A DNA stretch of 64,000 nt from Amphiscolops sp. MND2022 (GCA_964187785.1 OZ076416.1:47988001-48052000); one strand, 5' to 3'; counted from the stretch's first letter, positions 26,801-39,715 are shown. Notes: generated by a model not told the origin, from the letters alone. Made by a program: numbers and translations.

Positions 26801-29800
26801 ACTACCACAACGCAACACAAAATACAACTCAATTCTTCCGTCGATAGTTTTGGGAAAGAGAATCTATTCAAAAATGTAGGAAAAAATTGAAACGAAAAAT
26901 GCTTGAATGAAACATTTCCCCGGTCCCCTAGTATCATTTTCGGAAATGAATCTTGCCAAATGTCTTTTCAAAAACCGCCAACCTGGTTGAAAATCAAACT
27001 CTTTTGACATTAAAAACTTTTTGCTTTCCTTAATTTCCGAGCAGGCTAGCTCAGTGGTTACTTCATCTGACAAACGTTAAGTGACGATTCACCAAAATCT
27101 CACAGAGTGAGATCATTTCCAACCATGAGCGCCATCCTGCTTTTGTTTTTTTACTACACTTGCCAAAAAACACAAAAAAAGGACAAGGCAGGAAACAATA
27201 CGGGAACTGACAGGCCTCTGTTTGTTTCTACGCTCTCATTGGTGCTCTCCTAGGATGATTGTTTCGATCTTTCAGTTAAAAAACTTCGACTCTTAAAGAC
27301 AGTTTATCTTAAACAAGCTAATTCGTGTTCCCGAGAAGGCCCTCTAACTTTTCTATTATCTGAAGGCAAGGGAAACTACCAGAACGCAACACAAAATACA
27401 ATTCAATTCTTCCGTCGATAGTTTTGGGAAAGAGAATCTATTCAAAAATGTAGAAAAAAATTGAAACGAAAAAAGCCCAAATAAAACATTTCCCCGGTCC
27501 CCTAGTATCATTTTCGGAAATGAATCTTGCCAAATGTCTCTTCAAAAACCGCCAACCTGGTTGAAAATCAAACTCTTTTGACATTGAAAACTTTTTGCTT
27601 TCCTTAATTTCCGAGCAGGCTAGCTTAGTGGTTACTTCAACTGATAAACGTTAAGTGACGATTCACCAAAATCTCACAGATTGAGATCATTTCCAACCAT
27701 GAGCACCATCCTGCTTTTGTTTTTTTTACTACACTTGCCAAAAAACACAAGAAAAGGACAAGGCAGGGAACAATACGGGAACTGACAGGCCTCTGTTTGT
27801 TTCTCCGCTCTCATTGGTGCTCTCCTAGGATGATTGTTTCGATCTTTCAACTAAAAAAGCTTCGACTCTTAAAGACAGTTTATCTTAAACAGGCTAATTC
27901 GTGTTCCCGAGAAGGCCCTCTAACTTTTCTATTATCTGAAGGCAAGGGAAACTACCACAACGCAACACAAAATACAACTCAATTCTTCCGTCGATAGTTT
28001 TGGGAAAGAAAATCTATTCAAAAATGTAGGAAAAAATTGAAACGAAAAATGCTTGAATGAAACATTTCCCCGGTCCCCTAGTATCATTTTCGGAAATGAA
28101 TCTTGCCAAATGTCTCTTCAAAAACCGCCAACCTGGTTGAAAATCAAACTCTTTTGACATTAAAAACTTTTTGCTTTCCTTAATTTCCGAGCAGGCTAGC
28201 TTAGTGGTTACTTCATCTGACAAACGTTAAGTGACGATTCATCAAAATCTCACAGAGTGAGATCATTTCCAACCATGAGCGCCATCCTGCTTTTGTTTTT
28301 TTTACTACACTTGCCAAAAAACACAAAAAAGGACAAGGCAGGGAACAATACGGGAACTGACAGGCCTCTGTTTGTTTCTCCGCTCTTCTTGGTGCTCTCC
28401 TAGGATGATTGTTTCGATCTTTCAGTTAAAAAACTTCGACTCTTAAAGACAGTTTATCTTAAACAGGCTAATTCGTGTTCCCGAGAAGGCCCTCTAACTT
28501 TTCTATTATCTGAAGGCAAGGGAAACTACCACAACGCAACACAAAATACAACTCAATTCTTCCGTCGATAGTTTTGGGAAAGAGAATCTATTCAAAAATG
28601 TAGGAAAAAATTGAAACGAAAAATGCTTGAATGAAACATTTCCCCCGGTCCCCTAGTATCATTTTCGGAAATGAATCTTGCCAAATGTCTCTTCAAAAAC
28701 CGCCAACCTGGTTGAAAATCAAACTCTTTTGACATTAAAAACTTTTTGCTTTCCTTAATTTCCGAGCAGGCTAGCTTAGTGGTTACTTCATCTGATAAAC
28801 GTTAAGTGACGATTCATCAAAATCTCACAGAGTGGGATCATTTCCAACCATGAGCGCCATCCTGCTTTTGTTTTTTTTACTACACTTGCCAAAAAACACA
28901 AAAAAGGACAAGGCAGGGAACAATACGGGAACTGACAGGCCTCTGTTTGTTTCTCCGCTCTTCTTGGTGCTCTCCTAGGATGATTGTTTCGATCTTTCAG
29001 TTAAAAAACTTCGACTCTTAAAGACAGTTTATCTTAAACAGGGTAAATCGTGTTCCCGAGAAGGCCCTCTAACTTTTCTATTATCTGAAGGCAAGGGAAA
29101 CTACCAGAACGCAACACAAAATACAACTCAATTCTTCCGTCGATAGTTTTGGGAAAGAGAATCTATTCAAAAATGTAGGAAAAAATTGAAACGAAAAAAG
29201 CTTGAATGAAACATTTCCCCCGGTCCCCTAGTATCATTTTCGGAAATGAATCTTGCCAAATGTCTCTTCAAAAACCGCCAACCTGGTTGAAAATCAAACT
29301 CTTTTGACATTAAAAACTTTTTGCTTTCCTTATTTTCCGAGCAGGCTAGCTTAGTGGTTACTTCATCTGATAAACGTTAAGTGACGATTCACCAAAATCT
29401 CACAGAGTGAGATCATTTCCAACCATGAGCGCCATCCTGCTTTCGTTTTTTTTTTACTACACTTGCGAAAAAACACCAAAAAAGGAAAAGGCAGGGAACA
29501 AAACGGGAACTGAAAAGACTCTGTTTGTTTCTCCGCTCTCATTGGTGTTCTCCTAGGATGATGGTTTCGATCTTTCCGTTAACAAACTTCGACTCTTAGA
29601 GACGTTTTATCTTAAACAGGCTAATTCGTGCTCCCGAGAGAGCCCTCTAACTTTTCTACTACCTGAAGGCAAAGGCAACAACCAGAACGCAATACAAAAT
29701 GCAACTCAATTCTTCCGTCGATAGTTTTGGGAAAGAGAATCTATTCAAAAATGTAGGAAAAAATTGAAACGAAAAAAGCTTGAATGAAACATATCCCCCG

Positions 29801-32800
29801 GTCCCCTAGTATCATTTTCGGAAATGAATCTTGCCAAACGTCTCTTCAAAAACCGCCAACCTGGTTGAAAATCAAACTCTTTTGACGTTAAAAACTTTTC
29901 GCTTTCCTTAATTTCTGAGCAGGCTAGCTTAGTGGTTACTTCATCTGATAAACGTTAAGTGACTATTCACCAAAATCTCACAGAGTGAGATCATTTCCAA
30001 CCATGAGCGCCATCCTGCTTTTGTTTTTTTTACTACACTTGCCAAAAAAACACAAAAAAAGACAAGGCAGGGAACAATACGGGAACTGACAGGCCTCTGT
30101 TTGTTTCTCCGCTCTCATTGGTGCTCTCCTAGGATGATTGTTTTGATCTTTCAGTTAAAAAACTTCGACTCTTAAAGACAGTTTATCTTAAACAGGGTAA
30201 TTCGTGTTCTCGAGAAGGCCCTCTAACTTTTCTATTATCTGAAGGCAAGGGAAACTACCAGAACGCAACACAAAATACAACTCAATTCTTCCGTCGATAG
30301 TTTTGGGAAAGAGAATCTATTCAAAAATGTAGGAAAAAATTGAAACGAAAAAAGCTTGAATGAAACATTTCCCCCGGTCCCCTATTGTCATTTTCGGAAA
30401 TGTATCTTGCCAATGTCTCTTCAGAAACCGCCAACCTGGTTGAAAATCAAACTCTTTTGACATTAAAAACTTTTTTCTTTCCTTAATTTCCGAGCAGGCT
30501 AGCTTAGTGGTTACTTCATCTGATAAACGTCAAGTGACGATTCACCAAAATCGCACAAGGTGAGATCATTTCCAACCATTAGCGCCATCCTGCTTTTGTT
30601 TTTCTTCCTACACTTGCCAAAAAACACAAAAAAAGGACAAGGCAGGGAACAATACGGGAACTGACAGGCCTCTGTTTGTTTCTCCGCTCTCATTGGTGCT
30701 CTCCTAGGATGATTGTTTCGATCTTTCCGTTAACAAACTTCGACTCTTAGAGACGTTTTATCTTAAACAGGCTAATTCGTGCTCCTGAGAGAGCCCTCTA
30801 ACTTTTCTACTATCTGACGGCAAAGGCAACAACCAGAACGCAATACAAAATGCAACTCAATTCTTCCGTCGATAGTTTTGGGAAAGAGAATCTATTCAAA
30901 AATGTAGGGAAAAATTGAAACGAAAAAAGCTTGAATGAAACATATCCCCCGGTCCCCTAGTATCATTTTTGGAAATGAATCTTGCCAAACGTCTCTTCAA
31001 AAACCGCCAACCTGGTTGAAAATCAAACTCTTTTGACATTAAAAACTTTTCGCTTTCCTTAATTTCTGAGCAGGCTAGCTTAGTGGTTACTTCATCTGAT
31101 AAACGTTAAGTGACGATTCACCAAAATCTCACAGAGTGAGATCATTTCCAACCATGAGCGCCATCCTGCTTTTGTTTTTTTTACTACACTTGCCAAAAAA
31201 AACACAAAAAAAGACAAAGCAGGGAACAATACGGGAACTGACAGGCCTCTGTTTGTTTCTCCGCTCTCATTTGTGCTCTCCTAGGATGATTGTTTCGATC
31301 TTTCCGTTAACAAACTTCGACTCTTAGAGACGTTTTATCTTAAACAGGCTAATTCGTGCTCCCGAGAGAGCCCTCTAACTTTTCTACTATCTGCAGGCAA
31401 AGGCAACAACCAGAACGCAACACAAAATGCAACTCAATTCTTCCGTCGATAGTTTTGGGAAAGAGAATCTATTCAAAAATGTAAGAAAAAATTGAAACGA
31501 AAAAAGCTTGAATGAAACATATCCCCCGGTCCCCTATTATCATTTTCGGAAATGAATCTTGCCAAACGTCTCTTCAAAAACCGCCAACCTGGTTGAAAAT
31601 CAAACTCTTTTGACAATAAAAACTCTTCGCTTTCCTTAATTTCCGAGCAGGCTAGCTTAGTGGTTACTTCATCTGAAAAACGTTAAGTGACGATTCACCA
31701 AAATCTCACAGAGTGAGATCATTTGCAACCATGAGCGCCATCCTGCTTTTGTTTTTTTCACTACACTTGCAAAAAGCACAAAAAAAGGACAAGGCAGGGA
31801 ACAAAACGGGAACTGACAGGCCTCTGTTTGTTTCTACGCTCTCATTGGTGCTCTCCTAGGATGATTGTTTCGATCTTTCAGTTAAAAAACTTCGACTCCT
31901 AAAGACAGTTTATCTTAAACAGGCTAATTCGTGTTCTCGAGAAGGCCCTCTAACTATTCTACTATCTGAAGGCAAGGGAAACTACCAGAACGCAACACAA
32001 AATACAACTCAATTCTTCCGTCGATAGTTTTGGGAAAGAGAATCTATTCAAAAATGTAGGAAAAAATTGAAACGAAAAAAGCTTGAATGAAACAGTTCCC
32101 CCGGTCCCCTATTATCATTTTCGGAAATGAATCTTGCCAAACGTCTCTTCAAAAACCGCCAACCTGGTTGAAAATCAAACTCTTTTGACAATAAAAACTT
32201 TTCGCTTTCCTTAATTTCCGAGCAGGCTAGCTTAGTGGTTACTTCATCTGAAAAACGTTAAGTGACGATTCACCAAAATCTCACAGAGTGAGATCATTTG
32301 TAACCATGAGCGCCATCCTGCTTTTGTTTTTTTCACTACACTTGCAAAAAGCACAAAAAAAGGACAAGGCAGGGAACAAAACGGGAACTGACAGGCCTCT
32401 GTTTGTTTCTACGCTCTCATTGGTGCTCTCCTAGGATGATTGTTTCGATCTTTCAGTTAAAAAACTTCGACTCCTAAAGACAGTTTATCTTAAACAGGCT
32501 AATTCGTGTTCTCGAGAAGGCCCTCTAACTATTCTACTATCTGAAGGCAAGGGAAACTACCAGAACGCAACACAAAATACAACTCAATCCTTCCGTCGAT
32601 AGTTTTGGGAAAGAGAATCTATTCAAAAATGTAGGAAAAAATTGAAACGAAAAAAGCTTGAATGAAACAGTTCCCCCGGTCCCCTATTATCATTTTCGGA
32701 AATGTATCTTGCCAATGTCTCTTCAGAAACCGCCAACCTGGTTGAAAATCAAACTCTTTTGACATTAAAAACTTTTTTGCTTTCCTTAACTTCCGAGCAG

Positions 32801-35800
32801 GCTAGCTTAGTGGTTACTTCATCTGATAAACGTTAAGTGACGATTCACCAAAATCTCACAGAGTGAGATCATTTCCAACCATGAGCGCCATCCTGCTTTT
32901 GTTTTTTTCACTACACTTGCAAAAAACACAAAAAAGGACAAGGCAGAGACAAAACGGGAACTGACAGGCCTCTGTTTGTTTCTCCGCTCTCATTGGTGCT
33001 CTCCTAGGATGATTGTTTCGATCTTTCAGTTAAAAAACTTCGACTCTTAAAGAATGTTTATCTCAAACAGGCTAATTCGTGTTCCCGAGAAGGCCCTCTA
33101 ACTGTTCTACTATCTGAAGGCAAGGGAAACTACCAGAACGCAACACAAAATACAACTCAATTCTTCCGTCGATAGTTTTGGGAAAGAGAATCTATTCAAA
33201 AATGTAGGAAAAAATTGAAACGAAAAAAGCTTGAATGAAACAGTTCCCCCGGTCCCCTATTATCATTTTCGGAAATGAATCTTGCCAAACGTCTCTTCAA
33301 AAACCGCCAACCTGGTTGAAAATCAAACTCTTTTGACAATAAAAACTTTTCGCTTTCCTTAATTTCCGAGCAGGCTAGCTTAGTGGTTACTTCATCTGAA
33401 AAACGTTAAGTGACGATTCACCAAAATCTCACAGAGTGAGATCATTTGCAACCATGAGCGCCATCCTGCTTTTGTTTTTTTCACTACACTTGCAAAAAGC
33501 ACAAAAAAAGGACAAGGCAGGGAACAAAACGGGAACTGACAGGCCTCTGTTTGTTTCTACGCTCTCATTGGTGCTCTCCTAGGATGATTGTTTCGATCTT
33601 TCAGTTAAAAAACTTCGACTCCTAAAGACAGTTTATCTTAAACAGGCTAATTCGTGTTCTCGAGAAGGCCCTCTAACTATTCTACTATCTGAAGGCAAGG
33701 GAAACTACCAGAACGCAACACAAAATACAACTCAATTCTTCCGTCGATAGTTTTGGGAAAGAGAATCTATTCAAAAATGTAGGAAAAAATTGAAACGAAA
33801 AAAGCTTGAATGAAACAGTTCCCCCGGTCCCCTATTATCATTTTCGGAAATGTATCTTGCCAATGTCTCTTCAGAAACCGCCAACCTGGTTGAAAATCAA
33901 ACTCTTTTGACATTAAAAACTTTTTTGCTTTCCTTAACTTCCGAGCAGGCTAGCTTAGTGGTTACTTCATCTGATAAACGTTAAGTGACGATTCACCAAA
34001 ATCTCACAGAGTGAGATCATTTCCAACCATGAGCGCCATCCTGCTTTTGTTGTTTTCACTACACTTGCAAAAAACACAAAAAAGGACAAGGCAGAGACAA
34101 AACGGGAACTGACAGGCCTCTGTTTGTTTCTCCGCTCTCATTGGTGCTCTCCTAGGATGATTGTTTCGATCTTTCAGTTAAAAAACTTCGACTCTTAAAG
34201 AATGTTTATCTCAAACAGGCTAATTCGTGTTCCCGAGAAGGCCCTCTAACTGTTCTATTATCTGAAGGCAAGGGAAACTACCAGAACGCAACACAAAATA
34301 CAACTCAATTCTTCCGTCGATAGTTTTGGGAAAGAGAATCTATTCAAAAATGTAGGAAAAAATTGAAACGAAAAAAGCTTGAATGAAACATTTTCCCCGG
34401 TCCCCTAGTATCATTTTCGGAAATGAATCTTGCCAAATGTCTCTTCAGAAACCGCCAACCTGGTTGAAAATCAAACTCTTTTGACATTAAAAACTTTTTG
34501 CTTTCCTTAAATTCCGAGCAGGCTAGCTTAGTGGTTACTTCATCTGATAAACGTTAAGTGACGATTCACCAAAATCTCACAGAGTGAGATCATTTCCAAC
34601 CATGAGCGCCATCCTGCTTTTGTTTTTTTCACTACACTTGCCAAAAAACACAAAAAAGGACAAGGCAGAGACAAAACGGGAACTGACAGTCCTCTTTTTG
34701 TTTCTCCGCTCTCATTGGTGCTCTCCTAGGATGATTGTTTCGATCTTCCAGTTAAAAAACTTCGACTCTTAAAGACAGTTTATCTTAAACAGGCTAATTC
34801 GTGTTCCCGAGAAGGCCCTCTAACTGTTCTATTATCTGAAGGCAAGGGAAACTACCAGAACGCAACACAAAATACAACTCAATTCTTCCGTCGATAGTTT
34901 TGGGAAAGAGAATCTATTCAAAAATGTAGGAAAAAATTGAAACGAAAAAAGCTTGAATGAAACATTTTCCCCGGTCCCCTAGTATCATTTTCGGAAATGA
35001 ATCTTGCCAAATGTCTCTTCAGAAACCGCCAACCTGGTTGAAAATCAAACTCTTTTGACATTAAAAACTTTTTGCTTTCCTTAATTTCCGAGCAGGCTAG
35101 CTTAGTGGTTACTTCATCTGATAAACGTTAAGTGACGATTCACCAAAATCTCACAGAGTGAGATCATTTCCAACCATGAGCGCCATCCTGCTTTTGTTTT
35201 TTTCACTACACTTGCCAAAAAACAGAAAAAAGGACAAGGCAGAGACAAAACGGGAACTGACAGGCCTCTTTTTGTTTCTCCGCTCTCATTGGTGCTCTCC
35301 TAGGATGATTGTTTCGATCTTCCAGTTAAAAAACTTCGACTCTTAAAGACAGTTTATCTTAAACAGGCTAATTCGTGTTCCCGAGAAGGCCCTCTAACTG
35401 TTCTATTATCTGAAGGCAAGGGAAACTACCAGAACGCAACACAAAATACAACTCAATTCTTCCGTCGATAGTTTTGGGAAAGAGAATCTATTCAAAAATG
35501 TAGGAAAAAATTGAAACGAAAAAAGCTTGAATGAAACATTTCCCCCGGTCCCTTAGTATCATTTTCGGAAATGAATCCTGCCAAACGTCTCTTCAAAAAC
35601 CGCCAACCTGATTGAAAATCAAACCCTTTTGACATTAAAAACTTTTGCTTTCCTTAATTTCCGAGCAGGCTAGCTTAGTGGTTACTTCATCTGATAAACG
35701 TTAAGTGACGATTCACCAAAATCTCACAGAGTGAGATCATTTCCAACCATGAGCGCCATCCTGCTTTTGTTTTTTTCACTACACTTGCCAAAAACACAAA

Positions 35801-37705
35801 AAAAGGACAAGGCAGAGACAAAACGGGAACTGACAGGCCTCTGTTTGTTTCTCCGCTCCCATTGGTGCTCTCCTAGGATGATTGTTTTGATCTTCCAGTT
35901 AAAAAACTTCGACTCTTAAAGACAGTTTATCTCAAACAGGCTAATTCGTGTTTCCGAGAAGGCCCTCTAACTGTTCTATTATCTGAAGGCAAGGGAAACT
36001 ACCAGAACGCAACACAAAAAAAAACAACTCAATTCTTCCGTCGATAGTTTTGGGAAAGAGAATCTATTCAAAAATGTAGGAAAAAATTGAAACGAAAAAA
36101 GCTTGAATGAAACATTTCCCCTGGTCCCCTAGTATTATTTTCGGAAATGAATCTTGCCAAATGTCTCTTCAAAAACCGCCAACCTGGTTGAAAATCAAAC
36201 TTTTTTGACATTAAAAACTTTTTGCTTTCCTTAATTTCCGAGCAGGCTAGCTTAGTGGTTACTTCATCTGATAAACGTTAAGTGACGATTCACCAAAATC
36301 TCACAGAGTGAAATCATTTCCAACCAAGAGCGCCATCCTGCTTCTGTTTTTTTTTACTACACTTGCAAAAAAACACCAAAAAAGGACATAGCAGGGAACA
36401 ATACGGGAACTGACAGGCCTCTGTTTGTTTCTCCGCTCTCATTGGTGTTCTCCTAGGATGATTGTTTCGATCTGCCAATAAGAGTTTCGACTCTTGAAGA
36501 CGTTTCGTCTTTCATAGCTAATTCGTGTTTCCGAGAGAACAGTTTAACTTTTTTATTATCTGAAGGCAAGGGAAACAACCGGAACGCAACACAAAAAAAT
36601 TCAATTCACACTTCGATAGTTTTGGGAAGGAGAATCTCTTTCGAAATGTAGGAAAATATCGAAAGGAAAAAAGCTTAAATGAAACATTTCTCCCGGTCCC
36701 CTAGGGTTACTTTCGGAAATCGATCTTGCCAAAAGTCTCTTCAAACACCGCCAACTAGGTCGAAAATCAAACTTTTTTGACATTAAAAAATATTTGCTTT
36801 CCCTAATTTCCGAGCAGGCTATCTTAGTGGTTACTTCATCTGATAAACGTTGAGTGACGATTCACCAAAATATCACAGAGTGAGATCATTTCCAATCATG
36901 AGCGCCATCCTGCTTTTGTCTTTTTTGACAACACTCGCCAAACAACATACAAAAAAAGGACAGCTATTTTTGATACAAAGAATAGCAGAACTGCATACAA
37001 CGTATACTCAGGCAGGGAAAAATTCGGGATTTGACAGACCACTGTTTGTTTCTCTGTACTCATTGGTGTTCTCCTAGGATGATTGTTTCGGTCTGCCAAT
37101 AAGAATTTCGACTCTTAAAGACGTTTTAATTTTCATAGCTGTTTAGTGTTTCCGAGGGAACCGTTTCACTATGAAAATATCTGAAGGCAAGGGAACCAAC
37201 CGAAACGCAACACAAAAAAACAACCCGATTCTTCCTTCGATATGTTTGGAAAACACAGTCAGTTTCAAAATGAGAGAACAAAATTGGTAGAAAAAAACTT
37301 GAACGAAACATTTCACCCGGTCCCGTGGTCTTACTTTTGGAACTCAATCTTGCCGAATGTGTCTTCACAAACCGGCAATCTGTTCAAAAATCTAAGTTTT
37401 TTGGCGGTAAAAAACTTTTGCTTCCCTCAAAGTCGGAGCTGGCTAGCTTAGTGGTTACTTCATCTGATAGACGTTAAGTGACGATTCTTCAAATTCTCAC
37501 AGAGTGAGATCATTTCCAACCATGAGCATCAACCTGCCTTTGTCTTTTTACTACACTCGCCGAAGAGTAAAATACAAAACAAGTTACTTGTATTTTTGAC
37601 ACAAAGAAAAGCAGAAGTGTAAACAACGTATATTCAGGCAGGCAGAAAATCGGGAACTGACAGGCCACTGTTTGTTTCTTAGTTACCATTCGTGTTCTCG
37701 TTCGA
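20856..37705 (+). repeat. Array domain C: ~29 monomers, mostly 573-578 bp and highly homogeneous; longer diverged monomers at both edges
   Basis: Marker spacing is 572-578 bp from 22438 to 36808, and 625-646 bp at 21167-22438 and 36808-37433. Confidence 0.92.
35090..35195 (+). ncRNA. Vault-RNA-like Pol III gene, representative domain-C copy
   Basis: Same A box, panhandle and T-run (CCTGCTTTTG followed by a longer T run). Internal hairpins CGTTA-AG-TGACG and ATCTCAC-AGA-GTGAGAT. Confidence 0.68.
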
Positions 37706-37744
37706 ACTCCGCCGAAGATGGAAGTTCTGTCCCTGTTCGACACG

Positions 37745-38125
37745 ATGACAGAAGTTTTATTTCTTCTGTGGGCTCTCAATAATGAGCTGTTTCATAGATC
37801 AATGGAAGATTGTAAGTTCGAAACTAGTTCCTGTATTGAAAAACTTTTGCAAAGTCGCAGTCCTCTATGATGTCACTTTGCAAAGACCTTTTCGAAACAG
37901 GTCGTCACTGCGAGGAGGAATTATTAACAAAATGTTTGAAACAGTTCGTTGAAACACTTTTCATAGCGCAGTGGAAAGCGCGCTGGACGTCTAATCCAGA
38001 TGTCGCGTGTTCGAAATCCGCCGAGGATGAACGTCTCGAAATTGCATACCAACCACGGAAACAGTAAATTGTTCCTTCTGTTGATTTTCAGTGGAGCGTG
38101 TTTGATCGTTCAAATAAACATTGTC
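37745..38125 (+). repeat. tRNA-Arg-containing repeat unit, copy 1
   Basis: Aligns by eye with 42980-43361 (shared TCGTCACTGCGAGGAGGAATT, TAGCGCAGTGGA, TTTGCAA blocks). Roughly 70% identical by my estimate. Confidence 0.8.
37957..38029 (+). tRNA. tRNA-Arg(TCT) pseudogene
   Basis: A box TAGCGCAGTGG; anticodon arm CTGGA-CGTCTAA-TCCAG (TCT at 37990-37992); B box GTTCGAAATCC. Acceptor and T stems are mismatched and U33 is mutated, hence pseudogene. Confidence 0.7.
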
Positions 38126-39254
38126 AGTTTGAACTAGTGAACTGCTTAAAATTTGTGTGATGCTTCTTTTTAGATCTTTTAGGTCATACATATGAAGTTT
38201 CTAAGTCTTAAGCAAAACCGTTTCTTAGCTACCTTATCTTTATTCTACAAGTGTAGAGTCGATCTGAGATCTCAGAGTTTCTCACTATTTCTTTGTAAGT
38301 GACAAGGTTTCTAGAATCTAAGATTCAAGTTATTCTTCTGATGAGTTAGTTCCAATTACTTCTGAGATTACAATAGATTATATCGTATTCATAGAATTAC
38401 AGATAGATTACTTCTATAATGAAGTCACTATCAAATGGCATGAATTTACTAATGAAGTCTTTACTTCTGAATGAGATGACATCTGTCAAGTTATTAGGTT
38501 AAGAGGTTAAATATATATCAAGATTCTGAAAATACTTGAGGACATGCATCATGGCATCACAATCAACCGGGAATTTAAAAAGAAAAAATTTATCTGCACT
38601 TTTCGGAGTAGTGTGTCTCATAAGGTTCGGTTTCATTTCAAGTTCATATTCTTTGTTCTAAAGAGCATGTATCATACTTAAGGAGTGAGCACAACCTTGG
38701 ACGGTTCAACTTCTCATGTTTTTAGACGGTTCACTTTGATGCACGATTGTTGAGGTCAAAAAGGGTGGACTGACAGTTTCGTTCAAGTTGTTGTTTGACA
38801 ACTTCTAATTTTTCCTGAGTTTTGACGCATGAAAGCATGTAAGTATCCTTTCGTCGGCCTTAAAAAATATAGTGGATTTCTTCAAATGAGCAATCGTGAA
38901 TGAAAACTTTTAGAGCTGAAGAAAATTGAGTCGTCAATGAGTTATGAACCAACATTCGCGAGTAGTGAACAAAAATTGAAGAAGTCAGTCAAAGCCAAAG
39001 TTCAATTTCATTTTCAACGAAAGTGAAGAACAAGAGTGAGCGTTGAAAAAGTGTTTCAAACTTGGAGTGAAAAAATCTTAGGTGGTCCTGTGACAAAGAT
39101 CATTCATCAATGTTTGAAAGTGTTTAGCAAAGCTCAAGTTTTTCAGGTGTACTGAAGTTTTGAAATGCTTTTTGTACCATAAAAAAAGAAAGCAATACAA
39201 TGATGTTTTAGGTCTACTAGAGATAAAATTTTGTAAATGTACCATATGTTGATA

Positions 39255-39311
39255 GTAAAATACACATTTTATAGTAAGATACACATTTTACAGTAAGATA
39301 CACCTTTTATA
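39255..39311. repeat. 19-bp minisatellite x3
   Basis: GTAAAATACACATTTTATA / GTAAGATACACATTTTACA / GTAAGATACACCTTTTATA. Confidence 0.8.
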
Positions 39312-39620
39312 CTAGATTATTATGGTAAGATTACACATTATTACAAATTTATGGGTTAGATAAGAATATACAAGACTATTATGGAAGCACTAAAGAAGAT
39401 TGCAAGAAAAATATTTGATTATAGTACTTTGAATACAATGTTACGATTAGAATAGCGCTAATAAGAACATACGATTATATCGGATTATCAAGTAAAATGG
39501 TACTTTAGTGACCATGTATTATAAATGAGGCATAAATGGAGTATTATTAATGATTAAAAAGGAGTTTGAAACAGTTTTTGAAGAGTGACATGTGGGTTAC
39601 AAAACGAGCAGAGGTGACCC

Positions 39621-39715
39621 GTGGAAAACCAGAAACGATGTTGAAGACCAGAGGTGAGGTTGAAGACCAGAAGTGAAGTTGAAGACCAGAAGCGGTGTTG
39701 AAGACCAGAAGTGAA
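39621..39715. repeat. 19-bp minisatellite x5
   Basis: GTTGAAGACCAGAAGTGAA-type unit, four good copies from 39640 plus one degenerate copy at 39621. Confidence 0.85.

Larger units (their letters stand above)
1..37705 (+). repeat. Tandem array of ~575-640 bp units (about 63 units, open at the left edge), each containing a vault-RNA-like Pol III core
   Basis: Marker TTCCGAGCAGGCTAGCTTAGTGG (or a variant) recurs at 34, 655, 1278, 1899, 2523 ... 36236, 36808, ~37433. All units are in the same orientation. The array ends at about 37705, where unrelated sequence begins. Confidence 0.97.

Noticed and set aside
1-37705. CRISPR array, 5S rDNA or U-snRNA repeat
   Set aside because: Spacers are homologous rather than unique, the context is eukaryotic, and the core shows no match to 5S, U1, U2 or U6 as I recall them.
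194-37779. Dozens of 60-170 aa ORFs in the array on both strands
   Set aside because: They are translations of the same repeat, broken at variable homopolymers; no recognisable domain or consistent frame.
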